DNA of 64,000 nucleotides from Asterias rubens. Its lineage: Eukaryota. The translations under genes were made by a program, and so were the position numbers. This document shows positions 1 to 14,109 of this stretch, piece after piece; within the stretch, counting starts at the first letter, position 1, and every line of letters starts with the position of its first letter. Location of the stretch: NCBI RefSeq assembly GCF_902459465.1, contig NC_047068.1, positions 10,664,001 through 10,728,000 on the forward strand. The letters are read 5' to 3'. The notes under the pieces are model-generated. The model was given only the letters and a program-made list of their open reading frames with translations. It ran no database searches and was not told the DNA's origin.

Positions 1-3000
1 CCCCCCCCCAAGACCGATGACATTAGCATAATTTGCTCAAGAGATTAAGAAGTCATGGTGGGTCCAACACTTTCCTTTCCGGAATAGAGAAGTATCCATG
101 CAAGTTGAAACCTCATCATGGTGTCCTTATCTCCCCCCCCCCCTCCCTAAAAGAAGTTTTAAAAAAATGTAAATGTTTGCAATTTTCCTGAAAAACAGAA
201 CGAAAATCCTTCTTTGCAACCACTGCATTAAATCTGTTCCAGGCAAAACATATCTGGACTGTTTCCCCCCCCCCCAACCCTCAAGTTCAAAAATCTTTCA
301 CTGCCATAAAAAAAACCTCTCCTATAATCCAATTAAAGTTGGTATTTGGAGCCAGTGAAGTGGCATGGCAAATCCCTCCACTCCTTTGTGGGGCTACACA
401 ACATCCTGTAGGGCACCCTCATACAAAAAAAAAAAAGATATAAAAGAAAGAAAGAAACAAAACTGCTGCGAGAATAATTCCATGCTCTCCCCCAAAAAAG
501 GCAAGCAGAGATGGGAATCTCAAGCAGCTAACACATTCACTCCTGGGTTTCTGTCTGTATGCAAATGAGATGCATAATGCAGGCTCTTTCAAGGAGTTTC
601 CTAGGGATAGGATTAACACCCAAGGGTTTTACAGAAATACCCATTGAAATTTTTCTGACAAGGGAGCTTGTGCACTGTTAGTGAAGGGCTGTTTTGTTGT
701 GTGTGTGTGTGTGTGTGTGTTTGTTGAGCATGATAGAGGTGACTATAGTATAGTCGATTTAGAGTTAGAAATTGTAATTTTTGTTATACTGGTGGTTTAT
801 GCAGTGAAAGATTTCCCTGGTATAGCAGAGCAAAGTTCTATGCAAATTGTATCACTTCAGCTGCTATTCAACAATCATCATTTGCTACTCACAATAACCA
901 TTCAGTGTGCACAAATTTTGTTTTGGTCAAAATATTTTGCTATGCAAAAATGTTGGATGAAATTGTTTCCCCCTTTATGTACAACGAAGAATTTTAAAAC
1001 ATAAATTATAAGAGGTATGCTGTGATGACAAGATGAGTTAGTACGACACCTCAAGGATAATATCTCCGGTAGAACGTTGTGGAACCCCCAAGAACCCAAC
1101 TCTTACTGTTATTGAAGAAACAGTGAACACCCACACAGACACAAAGAAACAATCCTTCCACTCATTGTTACCATTCCAATCTTTCGTCTCCTAATTATAG
1201 CTCTCCATCCTTCATATCTGTCGCCCTTGAATCATATAAATCTAATTGTGAATTATACCCGCTTGCAAACTTTCCCCATTGCCCACCGCGGTCTTGTTTG
1301 CATAGCAGTTACGATAATCAAGGGACTGGTGGGAAACAGGAGCCCAGAAAAAGAAAGAAAAGAGGAGAAGAAAAAAACCTTTAAAGCGTTTCCATTTAGA
1401 CGCCCCCCAACAAGGACCCTCTTATTACCGGTTGTAACAATGTTATATTTGGTAATTGGCAGTGTGAACCTGTGAATAGAAACCTGCTGCTTGTGGGACC
1501 AGCCATGTCTCCCAGCTTGAACCGAAGCAGTGTCCTGTGACACACGGTGCCTTCTGTTTCACTTGCCGCCACAATCAAATTGAATTACGTCGGAAAAATC
1601 AACTCAAAAACCCCTGAACTGAAGCAGTCTCCGCTTTTACTGCCCCGATCTCCAGGGGGGGTTAGGGGGAGAGTTAATTTCAAGCAAGGGGAAGACAGCA
1701 ACAACTGTTACAGTTCAAAAAATGCAGGCAGTTCCACTTTGGGGGCTTGATCAAAAAAACAGTCAGACAATGCCGACATCCATTTTTTTAATCTGGCGAA
1801 ATTTCTGACAGCCAGGCAGCGCTTGTATAGTGCAGAGGAAAGCAATACAAACAGGCTGGCGTGGAAGCGACGTGTTAGGCACTCGACTTCAATAGCTGCC
1901 GCTTTTCCCCTAGACAAGCTGGTCAGGGAGGCATGTTCAAATAGACGTTTATCGGGAGATTTTCTAGCTGACGGCATGCAAAAAGGAGCATGGCGGCAGC
2001 ACAAAGGGACGCCTGCTTATGAAAATTTGATTCCGAGATAAAAGCCCGCACAATAGAAAATACCACAAGTCATTCAGTCGTGTGATTGACTTCGTATTAG
2101 AGTCTTTTAGATAGCGCTGACCGTTATAAACACCGGGCAAACAACGGCATTGTCGCGCCATCGTCGGCACAGTACTTCCTCAGCAGAGGCTTGGCTCAAA
2201 AGTAAAAAAAGGAGGGGAAAATACCCCAAATATTTGGCATTGAAAATCAAGAAAGGAGGGGGGGGGTGAAAAATACATCTTTATGCTGATTGGAAAATTG
2301 TCTTTTCGAATTGTGTCAATAATCATGTATCTGATCCAACATGATGGGTTTTATCCATTGAATCCAGTCCCCCAGACATGATTTGCATTTGTACCCGAGG
2401 CGTTCGACTGATTTCATTATCCTTGCCAGGATGAAGCAAACCCAATTTGTCGATAAGATCATAACTGGGTCATTGAGTAAGACTTCGTTTAAGTCGGCGG
2501 GCCCTTACAACTTTTTCTTTGACCCCCCCCCTGAAATCTCATAGGACTCCTTTCTAATGATTGGGCTTTTTTTTCTCTTTCTGATCTGGGCGATATGACT
2601 TGGCTCTTGACTTTTCTACCCGAGACTGGATCCCTAAATTGCACGTAAATCTGAGATCTTTAAAAATAAAAAGTAATCCCAGAACTGCCGACATAAACAA
2701 TTCTACTCTAAAAAAGAAGCAATGTTCGGATGCTGTACTTGTGGGGATCTTTTGCTTCATTCTCTTTGAACTAGATATAAAAGCAGGGTTCAGATCTCAA
2801 AGAGCTGTGGTTCTTTTTTTGTGAATTTTTATTTGGATAAATATTCTCCAAATTAAAAGCGTCAAAGAATTTCACCGACATTAACATCAAAATTGCTTTT
2901 TTCAGGTTGTTTGTTATCTGTTGCAAAACAACAGATTCTCTCTCACCCTGTATCTATAATATTATATTCCTTTACACGTACATGTATTTCTTTGTTGTTT

Positions 3001-3015
3001 GTTTGTTTGTTCAAT

Positions 3016-3927
3016 CAGCCCTGATACTTCGGCTTTTAAGGGGCACGGCAGTTTTGCCTTGACTTTTTGTAAAAATTTAGGGCACCAAGGCAATTTTCAA
3101 AAATTTGGAAGGGCATCACGGCAATCATAAAAAGTTGCGAAGGGCACGACGGCAGTTTGAAAAAAAACCTCCGAGTTGCCTGTTAAAAATAGTTCTTCAA
3201 ATTTTTCCATTTTCTAACTGTTACCCAATGAAAAAAAGAAAGCATTCATCTAATTCAACAAAATAAAGAACAACTACTTACAATACACAATAAATAATTT
3301 TTGTTCATACGTAATCCTACTATTGGTCATGCACGTTGAGTAGTTTTTCGTAGAGCACTAAAATTCCCACGTAACTGCTCCATTTTGACACGATGTTGAC
3401 AGAATAAATGCATGCGGTGCGCGACGCCTATGCTGTACATGATGGTACATCACATGTACCAAGCATGGGGAAAACCACTATCCCAGCATGCAAAGACACG
3501 TCGAGTCTTTTTCTCAAGGTGTTTAGCGTTGGTTCGCGTAATTTTACCACTAGAGGGCGTTTAATCTCACGCTATCGCTCTGTTCCGAAACGCCCTCTAG
3601 CGTTCGATGTTTTTAGTATTTTTTTTGTCGCACGCAAAGAACAACGACTAACGGGCCTGAAATCTGCTGTTGTACCTTACGTGGGTGAAATTTGGGGTAT
3701 ATTTCGTTGCGTGAAATTTACACAGACATCGGGACTTTTTGGCTTATTTTCGAACTTTGACAACGTTGAATATAATTTATTTTCGGGACGAAGGGCACGG
3801 CGGCAATGATGAGAAAAGGGCACGGCAATCATTGCCGTGAAAAATTGTTTTTTTGAAGGGCATTGCGGCAATCGGTAGGGGCAACGACGGCAATTGCCGT
3901 CGTTGCCGTCGTGAAGTATCAGGGCTG
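3016..3927. mobile_element. Non-autonomous hAT-like DNA transposon, 15-bp TIR CAGCCCTGATACTTC, apparent 6-bp TSD TTCAAT
   Basis: TIRs at 3016-3030 and 3913-3927. TTCAAT at 3010-3015 and 3928-3933. GGGCAC/GGCAAT subterminal repeats. Confidence 0.75.
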
Positions 3928-4237
3928 TTCAATTATGTATATTTGTTTACACATTATTGATCAAATTTGAAAGTAATGACGCCAAGACATTATTAAAAGC
4001 CCTAAGGAACATAAATGCTTTTTACATTAATCTACAAAGTTCTCTCTTTTTTTTTACAAAGAGCTATTTTATTCTTTGTTTCAATGATTTTCTTTCAAAA
4101 ACTGACAAGCGTGTCTTCTTCACAAATATCTGCATATTCCTTAAGTCAAGTCACTCAAGATCCTTGCCTTGAAATTACCATCGCCCCCTCCCCCCTCCCC
4201 TGCCAACCAAACATAGTATTACTCATGTACTACTTAC

Positions 4238-4393
4238 ACACTCGAGTCCGTGAGCGACATTGTATCATCAGAGATAGCATCGCTCGATAAGCTCTGTAAC
4301 TCAGAATCGTTAGTGGAAACGGCCGGCGCGAAAGACGTGAAGCTCGGATGGTATGGACTGAGTACTCTGGCGCTGCTTCCTCTCAAATAGCAC
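4238..4393 (-). CDS. AXIN: Axin coding exon 2 (in window): CYLRGSSARVLSPYHPSFTSFAPAVSTNDSELQSLSSDAISDDTMSLTDSSV
   Basis: Acceptor tgtgacAG at 4394-4395 and donor GT|GTAAGT at 4237. The exon is 156 nt, phase 2 to phase 2, in frame with the RGS exon. It matches the conserved Axin segment APATSANDSE-QSLSSDA-TLSLTDSSV. Confidence 0.93.
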
Positions 4394-4544
4394 CTGTCAC
4401 ACAAAAGGGGAAAAGAAATATCACCTGTTAAAAACTGCAGACAATGCCAAAATGGACGCCAAGGTGTTTTCCTTGGCGCTGGCAAGAGGGAAGTCTTTGG
4501 GTGGGGAGGAGTCTTAGACGAGGCTGTCACAGCTTTCAAAGCAT

Positions 4545-4807
4545 GATACAGGCTTCGTTTTTTGAAATGGCAAAGACGCCACGAGGAATTTTCTCCTTAC
4601 AAAAGAGCATCCTATATAAGGAAATTGTACATTTCTACTGTAGCTACATGGGCACGGAGGCAATGACATGGGGGCACCGAGGCAATGACATGGGGGCACC
4701 GAGGCATTGACATGGGGGCACCGAGGCAATGACATGGGGGCATGGAGGCAATGACATGGGGGCATGGAGGCAATCCCCTTCGTTGCCTCCATGAAGTATC
4801 AGGCCTG
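4545..4807 (-). mobile_element. Related hAT-like element containing six 22-bp tandem units (4650-4774)
   Basis: End GAAGTATCAGGCCTG. GAGGCA(A/T)T recurs every 22 bp (4657, 4679, 4701, 4723, 4745, 4767). Homologous to 45395-45558. Confidence 0.7.
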
Positions 4808-6504
4808 ATATTTTGTTCTTGTACGACCTACGTTACAGATCGCCTTTTCTTACTTGGGAATGAGAGTGAAAATTCCTGAAAAATGGCTCACAGGTCTGGG
4901 GTGGGGTCCCCAACAGATAAAATATTATTTTACACCATTTTTTGGGTGACGTTAGAGACTTTCTATTTGTTTCCGATTGTCTTGAGGACACATATTGAAA
5001 AACGAGTGTATTTTTACAAAACTGAATTTGACCTCTTTAAAAACAAACTTTTAGTAGTTTCCTGGTTAGGTCCGAGACTTCTCCCAAAATGTTTTTATTT
5101 TATTATAATACAAGTTTTGGGGGCAGTTTTGACCTTCAAAATGACCAACATGCTTTTAAACTTATAGTAAAAGCGGATATCCTCCTAAGACCTTCTTTGA
5201 ATTTCAGGATTTCAGTCAATACGAAAAAGAAATAGATTCTACAATTGGCAAAATCCAAACCACAAAAAGAAGAACAAGAAAAATCCTGAGCAAAAAAAGT
5301 GTCTTCTACATTCGCACCTGAAACTCACCACACTAATAAAAAAAGAAAAATCAATAAAAGGCACTCAGCCAATTACAGATATTTTCTCTGTGACCACTCG
5401 GGTGGAATCACATTAAAAAGCTCAGGTGACAAACATCATCTCTCTTTTTTTGGTCACTAACCTATCGCCCAAAATCAGGCGTAAGTTCACAGCACTTTCA
5501 GACACTTCTTTTTAAGAATTTTCTTTTTTTATTTGTGGCTTGGGCCATTTGCCAGTTTCCTACCCCGACAAGGATTAGATCAACACAATTTTTCGGCCAC
5601 ACTGCTTGCCCAGTTGGAGACCAATCCCCCCATGGTTCCGTATAGTTTGAGACGAGAGGGAAATAAAAGCCTCCTGTTTTGTGTTGGCGTACAGGAGGCT
5701 GATTTTTTAGTGCGATACAGGGAAAATGGACAGCTTTTATGGATACAGAGTTTGTGCTTGAGTGATCAGCAGGTCGGAGCAGGAGAAAAGGCAGTCACTG
5801 GTTGGACAAACACAAAGGGTCAATGGCGGGGCCCCATACAGGATGGACTCTAAACCAAGAATAACTGGGGAAGAACATATCCATCATGGGGGACGTTAAT
5901 GCAACATCTGGCCCCATTTTCATTTTATGTAAGAAAATATTCACACCAAACCCACTCACAATGTTTTTAAGTTCTTTCTGAAAACAAAGCAACAAATTTG
6001 GGACTGCACTCAATTTCATAAACCACCAAAATTAAAAACTGTGGTTTTTTTTTTCTCTCTCTTGATTCCTTCTCCCAATTCCTCACAAAATTTAGTTTCT
6101 AAAATCCTGTTTTTTCAAATACTAGTTTCTAATTTAGAACTTGAGTTACAATCCTAAAAAAACACCACACACTTCAAGTCCAATATCTGTCGTTTGACAA
6201 AGTCTTGTAAAACCACATAATCTGTACATTTATATACATTTGTACATGATACATGTAGACCGTCGAAGTCATGAAAAAGCGCACACAAAAATTAAGCACA
6301 ATTTTTTTCAAGCACATTTTGGTTTGGCTTTAATTCCCCCATCCTTGCTTTTTGTTTGTCAACCCTGCGTTGTAACTGTAACTGACATCTTTTCAGGAAT
6401 ACGATACCTAGAGTATTGCACTCAAACTATTAGTGCAAGAGATACTACTTCTAGCCCTGGACTTGTATGACCTACATGCATTACAAAACCTCTACTCTCC
6501 CTGT

Positions 6505-6522
6505 CCTTTGATGTTTGCCGCC
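6505..6522 (+). promoter_or_regulatory. Bipartite TCF HMG + Helper site CCTTTGATGTTTGCCGCC
   Basis: Matches SCTTTGWW followed by a GCCGCC Helper core. A near-identical motif lies at 21976-21993 on the minus strand. Confidence 0.55.
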
Positions 6523-7439
6523 TAAATGCCATCTGCCTGTATAAAGGACTCAATACTAACAAGGGCAATTGCAATACCTGCAAAGGATGTGAAACTCATT
6601 TTGTAAAGTGTGCTTTGAGAAGGAAAAAGGGGGGTGGGTGGTGTATTAAACTTGATTTGTTTATAGTAATGGATTGGTTTACGTGTTAAAGTTGTCTAGA
6701 GTAGTAGATGTGTTGTGTGTAAGGCTGTTTATATTTGGCCGTGGCTACATGTGTGCAAAATGCATGCTGTTAGATGTGTATGTACATGAGAGTTTTATAC
6801 AGGGTACCAGCTACAGTTGGTTTCTACACATAGTGTGCATTGATCATGCTGAATAGAATGGCATGACTGTACTATCATTATGCACCGTAGAAAATGACAT
6901 GGGGCTTTGCAGGTAGAAACAAAAAATCATGACTTATTTTGAGGCAGTGAACAAAAACTGAATTTGTTACTAATGATTGATGCATTTATTAATGGAGTGC
7001 ATGAAATCCTTTCACCAATTAATTGTTTTGTATAATTAGCACTTCAACCTTGACTCACAAAGTGTTGATTCCTACAATCCTACATTACGTTTGATTTATT
7101 TACAATCAACTAGTTAAAACATCGATTGGACAGAATATAGTCGCATGTACAATGCAATGCGTCCAAATATCATCCAGGCCACAACATGCGGCTAGCCGTG
7201 CACATGTAGATTTCACATATATAGGGTTACAATACCGGCACGTAATACACACACAAAAAAATAAACAACAAAGGACTTTGGACTGTATTCTGCTACATGT
7301 ACATAAATGTTGTTTTACAGAGCCACAGGCACCTAGGCCAGACAGCCACAAAAAAATGCAAGGAGCTGATTTTTTGGCATCTATTAAAAAAAAAGAGAAA
7401 AAAAAAAATTCACATGACATGTCTTTATATCTCATTTTC

Positions 7440-7610
7440 AAGGTTTTAGTCAGGAGTTGGTTATGAGGCGTCCAAAATTTACTGGAAACGTAAAAAGTGG
7501 GACGTCCAACTTGTTTACCTACATGTACAATACAATTTAATGTGAATGACAGATATAAAATAGGGCGTCCAATTTTAAAACGGGGAGTCCAAAAGACATC
7601 CAGACACCCC
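7440..7610. repeat. Dispersed repeat with an inverted partner at about 10085-10240 in the same Axin intron
   Basis: AAGGTTTTAG...GGACGTCC...GTCCAAAAGAC is mirrored by GTCTTTTGGACACCC...CTAAAACCTT. Confidence 0.5.
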
Positions 7611-10600
7611 ACTGGCTTGAGTACCTCATTGCCCTATTTTTCTCAGGTGGAGTAGCAAATAGGAAATCTTGGGTCATTCCATTTATCTTCGGAATATGAT
7701 GATCAGGGTAGTGCCTGTTCGTAGATCCCCGTGCTGTTAGAGCAATTATATGGGCACTAGGTCATTACAACACAAGAGATTCACTGATCTATCGCGCATC
7801 TGGGCACGGTTATTAAGAAGATTTTTTGTCCTCTTTCTCGCGTCCTCCTCCCTTGGCATTCTGGGATTGCTAGCCACGACGGCGACCGTCAATTTAATAA
7901 CAGTAGCCATGTTATCCTACATGAACCTGGGCCAATAATCCTGGAGGTATTTGCGTAAAACGAGTATCCGGAAACTTCTGTTCAAATACACCCCCATAAT
8001 GGGGGAATGCATACATTGCGTATGACCGTATACTGTACGCCTGTGATGTACATGTGCCGCTAGATTTTCGAATGCAATTATTTGTACATGTACGATAGAG
8101 AACCTATTTCTCAAGTGGCGGACATCTTTCTTTTTATATCAAGCCATAAGTTGAATTCTTAACCGTTTGGAATTAATATCTCTTACACAGATGAAACATA
8201 GTTTAGGATTTACAACTGCATGAACAGTAACCCGGGCGACTAAAACGTACATGTGTTTGTTTCAACATGTAAACGGTATTTTTATAATTCTGGTTAAAAA
8301 AATTCAACGTGAACAAAATGTCAAGAGCTGCTCGGATCATCAAAACAGAAATTTAAGGGATGTTTTTTTTTATTTATTCGTATTCCACCTTATTTAAAAT
8401 AATAATTTGGGGAATGAGTCATACATAATGTCAGAGTTGTGCCTTAACTTTCGTATTTGTTTTTATTTGGGGGCCCCAGCAAGTATAAATGTACACAATT
8501 TTTAAAGCGTAAAAAAACCATAATAAAACGGAAGTGAAGTTTTGAATGATCTTATCCCCTAATTTCTGCCTAGTACCCAACACATATTTTTGAGCTAGAG
8601 TACCAGTTAACATCCATTTGTGTGAACTTGGGCCTTGTCTCATCTGTATTCAACTTTTGCAAACTACATGTACTACATGTACTTATTTTATTCCAATGAA
8701 AAATCCACATCATCAACAACAACCTTTTTGACCTTGATCTTTGACCTCCAAATTCAATACAGGTCTGTTCCCAGACCCAGTGTGACTCCGCTCAACTTGG
8801 TGGTGATCAATCCAACTCAAATTATCCAACGGAGGCGAACCAGTTTATGGATGAACGAAGGCAAAAGACCCTTTACGTTATTATCCAATCATGCATTTTG
8901 GGAAAAAGCAGGATGACCTGTGTGTAAATGTTTACCATGAGCATGAGATGTTTTTTGTTTATTTTTCGTTTTTGGCAACTGTGCTTTGTTTTTTATGTAC
9001 TACTGGGCAGTCGGATGCTTCAAACACTTCAAGGCATCTTTTGGACCACTCAAACATTTAAAACCAACATGTAGCGAGGCACTTTTACAGCATCTTGGCT
9101 TTGAAGACTTTCATTGCATAAATGTTGAAACTGCATGCTACATGTATATTTATGCGTATGTCGGCAGATTTTGAAAAAATCTTGTCTATTATGCAGGATA
9201 AAACAAACTAAAATTGTTTAGAGTTAAGTAATGAATTGGCTCCGATCTCAAAATAAAATATATTAAAGGAAAGGTCCAGGACGCACATTTGCCTCTTCTT
9301 AATTCCTGAATAGTCTGGTACCATTTCAGTGAGATTCAGTATCCGTAACACTGTACATAATTGCAAAAAAACACAGGGAACCTCGTAACATAAGGGCCTG
9401 ATAGCAGGCATTTTTGTCTACAATGAGGTGAAAAACAATAAATCATATGAAACAAAATGTAAAAGCATTGATTATTTTTGTCAGTGTATTTCATAATGGC
9501 TCCTATTGAAGTCGAGCCACAGAACAGTTCCGTAAAGAGTGTGAAGAATTTTGATAATTCTACACTCTCTGGCCATTCCTAATTGGCTTTTATCCCAAGA
9601 GACACCCAGGGGGGCCAACTTTCCCTGAACTGAAGCCAAGACCTGGCTTTGTCCACCCAAGGTCCCCTTAACCTTTGCCTACTGCATGCTCCCCAGACCA
9701 ACAACCCTCACTTAGAATGGGTCCCTTCATTACACACATACAGCCACACTGCCAACTGATTATGCATTGCACAGATGGTTGGCGGACTGCAACATGGGAA
9801 TTCTGGTTTTCTCTGCTTGGAGAGATTGACTTCAACTGGATAGGTCAGCAAGGTCAGAGCGAACCATCCATGCTATGTGCCCTTCGTAATTGAGAAAGCA
9901 ACCCACTAGTGTAGCACGACATTGACTCTAATATTGTATCTCAGAATGTACAGTCAGGGGGTTGATAAATTTAGTGTACTTTGTGATTTCAGTCAAAGGA
10001 AAAAAGGAGGGGGGGGGGGTGACTAGATTTGATCTATCAACTGTTTTTTTTTATATACATATTGAATCAATTGCTCTCACATAGTGTTAGCCAGAGGGAT
10101 ATCCGTGAGTCTTTTGGACACCCTGTTTTATCTAAGTTTCATGTAAATGTATTGTAGGTGAACAGTTTGAACACCCAGTTTTTAAATTCCTCACAAATTT
10201 GGACATCCTTTCACTTAATCCTGGCTAAAACCTTGATTGCACTTATAGTAGAGGCCTAAGGCCTATATGAAACTATGTTTGGTTTGTGTACTTAAATTCT
10301 CCTTTCAAATAGATAAATCCCATTCATATAAAAAACAAGTGTTATCAATCAAGTCTGTGAACCACTTCACAAAGCTACCACTCTCAACTGGGTTTATTAT
10401 TGCTGGGGTAAACAAAATATATATATAAAAAAATCTGAACAGAAATGACACCATTAACACCAACAGTCAAAATTCTTTCCATTTGGTTTCCCTCTCCCAG
10501 CCGCACAGACTGTATACTGATCTCATTTTAACCAGGGGCCATTTCAAGGTGCAGTTACAAAAACTTTATGGGGCTTGACGTTTTATGGCCTCGCTTTATT

Positions 10601-13600
10601 ATCCAGCAGTCTTTTGTGAGTTTTATTTGTCTGTGGTCTTTCTAATAAGAGAGCGGTTTTACATCTCTGATGGAGCCAGCCTGCTTGATTGCATAGCTTT
10701 TTTATGGACGTCATCTGAAAAAGTGTACAAACTGTTGCTTGCTTTTTTTTTTCTTTTCCTTTTTACGAGTTGCATAGTTTCTTTTATCTCCCACCAATCA
10801 CTTCTTGGGTGAATAACTCTGCAACTGTTAGAAGTAAATTTATTTCTATGGTTCCTTTTTTCCCCCTGCTAGTCATTAATTTTTGAAACTGTATGAAATC
10901 CAACCCTAGCAGAGGTTTTTATCAGGATTTTTTTATGAGAAGAGTTGTTTTTAGGGTTGGAGGATTTAACTGTTAAAATCCTATTAAGTGGATTCATTTC
11001 ATTCATCAATCTGAAAACAGTCCAGGGCTTTTAAAGGAAATAAAGTGTACAGGTGTTTTGCAATCCACTGTCTGTGTTCAGATTTGATGTACCTAGAAAT
11101 AATCTACCCAGTCAGTTTCCCTTGTATTGTGGTTTATTACTTTAAAAAAAAAAAAAAAATCATCAAAATATTTATTATCAGAAGGGTTTTGATCAACACT
11201 CCTTTCTCGATAATAAACATTAAACACCTCTGTGTCTGTTGTCATCTGGCACGTTTTCATAAGTTTAATGTGAAATGTTCTGCTTGAGGGAATGTAAAAA
11301 AACAAATATGTAATTTTGCAAAACTTTGATGATTTAGACCAGGGTGCAATTTCATAGAGCTGCTTAAACCGAGAAAAGTACTTGACATTTTTTTAGTGAG
11401 CAATAATGTTTGTATTATCAGTCATAAATGGAGCAAACGAAATGGTCCATGTATTTTTGGCTGGTTTCCATTTTGTGCTATGCTATTGAAGCTATGCAGA
11501 GTTTATCGCCGTGAAAGTGCAATAAACATAATCTATATCCCTTTCAAGACAGGAATAACAGTTTTCTCAGAGAAAAAGAAAATTGTTTGTTTCCTTTTAT
11601 GAATTAAATTATCATCTCACAAAATTTATGTTTATCTTTTCCCCCCACTTTATACCATCGGTCCAATATTTGGGTTGTAAGCGTTTTACAACAGCTAGGA
11701 CTTATTCTATTTTCTCTCTTTTTTTTCTCTCATGAGGTCGAAGCTGGGTTGGTCAGTTAAATCCACTGGGCCCATCTCTGAGAGAACAAAAATATTGCAG
11801 AGCACATTTATTTAGGGAGTCATAAAATGCAGGGTTTTCGCATCTGCTGCGAACATAATTGCCTTAGTGACTCACACACGTGAGCACCCTCCTTCGATGT
11901 ACAACTGAGCCAATCACATGGGCTGTATTTTGATATGGGGCACAAGCTTTGCGTATAAGATAAGCCCTTAACATCTCTAGTACGTTTTGTCTGTTCATGT
12001 TTAGCATGCTATAGTCATGTCGTTGGTGCGGCTGTGGAGCAATACATGTTTTTTTTATCAGTCCAAACCTTGGCGCCAACATCAGTGATTGTTTGCATTG
12101 GCTAGGATTTTATGAATTTAATGTCATTTTAGTGTATATGTGGATAAACCCATCATAAGCAGTGTATGCAGCACAGAATGGTATTGCACCAAAGAGAAGT
12201 TCCCATCAAATTATACACGCTATCACAGCACTGCTCAAAATGGGAAGTATTCAAAGGTTAAAATCCAGGGATTTCAGAGTCTAAAAGTTGCAGCGGCTGC
12301 GTTGGAAGGTCAGTAGGCAGTGACCCAAGTAGGTACATTACATGGGTTATCAATTAGGGTAAACAAGCGCACAGATTAGGGGATCAGGGCTGTTTGGCTA
12401 CTTGTACCTTATCAGGAAACAAAGGTTACCAGTAACTAGTTGTTTTTCTCCAAAATTAATCTTTTGACGAAAAATAACTAATGTAACCAGCTAAACCAGC
12501 TATGCATGCATAAAACTCAATTTCCAGATTATATCGCTAGCTCAAGTCAAGACAAATTGCTATAAGTTTTATAGCAAAAAAATATGTGATTTTCAAGTGA
12601 TTTTGTTGTGTCGCGAAACAGGTTACCATGACTTTTGTATGGTTTTGAAGTATGCCTACATTTATGTAAATCTTTCTGTAAATAGTTCATTCATGCAAAG
12701 ACGCACTAAGGTTCGATTTATCATAGTACAGTATGCAGAGTATCAGCCGAAGCTATAGGCCTATGGGGTATCTCTGGTCCACCAAAATAGAAGTGCTTCA
12801 CAACCAGTTTCACCAGAAAGCATGTTCTAAATGGCTAATTTTGATAGGTCAAAGCCTGTTGAGTACGAGTTTGCGCTACCCCTACATGCACACTGAATTG
12901 CATAATTACCGCAGTTTGTGATAAACCAGCCCATTCAATGCCATAACAGTTTGTTCCAGCATGTTATCATTACAATCAGAATATCACTTTCATAGCTAAC
13001 TTAACAATAATAAATACCACGGTTCACCCTTTTGACTATTATGGGCTAATCGCACAAACAAAAATTAAAAAATTAAAAAATTACCAAACATTCTAACCCT
13101 CATATTTTGGACAAATTACAAGAGAAAAAAAATTAAGAAAAAAACATATTTACAATGCTCCATCCATGGAAATCACCACTTAAGCTTTTTTTTTTTTTTT
13201 TAACAGAGACCAGATACAAATATTTTGCACACAAATGCATAAAATATCCACCAAAATGCCCCCACCCCCCCTGGACAGAGAGACAGCTGAACTTGTTTGA
13301 TCTTGGGATATAAATTGTTCAAGTGCATGTAAACATCCTTGTAAACATACACACACCACCACACATCTATGGAATAAACACAGCCCAGAAATGGAGCAGT
13401 CTGACTGTTTGTTTTTCGCTTTAATTTATCACCTTGGAGGGACCATTTCCTTCTGGCCTTAATCCCTGATTTCGTCTTTACATTCAGGTCAACAGTGGAT
13501 ACACCCTGAAAAAAGTCTCTCATCAAAGAAACCTCCCTCAAAAAAAGGGTTAAGCCTTATTTCAAATACGGACAGCCTGATAACCATGAAATCCTCTGGA

Positions 13601-14109
13601 AGACTTCATGTTTTTTTGATGATTTAAAAATTCTATCTCCCCAACGAGCCACCCTCAGTATCTTAGTGTCCATGACCTTTCATATGACCCTCACCCCCCA
13701 CACAATCATGTTTTGAATGGAATAAGACAAATCGCAGTGATCAACCTAAGTTAGTATATGGCAGGGAAAAAAAATCAGTTCCAGAAAGAAACTACTAACT
13801 AGTGCTAGATCACATTCAAATCTCGCTCTAGTTAATATTCCTCTGTTCAACCAAAATTTTTAAAAATCTGTATTGACTGGTTCAAGCAAGTGTAATAAAC
13901 TGGTTCAAGTTATTGTTCAATGCGATCATTGCCCGATGGCCTGTTTCATACAGTAACCATTTGATGTACTCTGTGTTCTTTACAAGTCAAAAGAGGTGTC
14001 CGACCAGTTCCACCTTCAAGACACATTTTGGTGTTCATTGACTGTGAGTGAAAACATGGCTCAAATGAGCAAGAAAGTCCGTCAAAACCGAGCCATTAAT
14101 TATACGTAC

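Noticed and set aside
3408-3809. 133-aa ORF inside the hAT-like element as a transposase
   Set aside because: No transposase motifs, and the element is too short to be autonomous.
1-4237. Next Axin exon (DGIPPY.../GSK3-binding region)
   Set aside because: No matching reading frame was found on the minus strand. It is presumably left of the window.
4650-4774. CRISPR-like arrays (22-bp units here, 61-bp units at 60830)
   Set aside because: The units are contiguous with no unique spacers, in a eukaryotic context with no cas genes.
7746-7910. 54-aa small ORF with good start context, sense to Axin, inside the intron
   Set aside because: No recognisable homology, and it is not in a phase compatible with Axin exons. 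Expected by chance.
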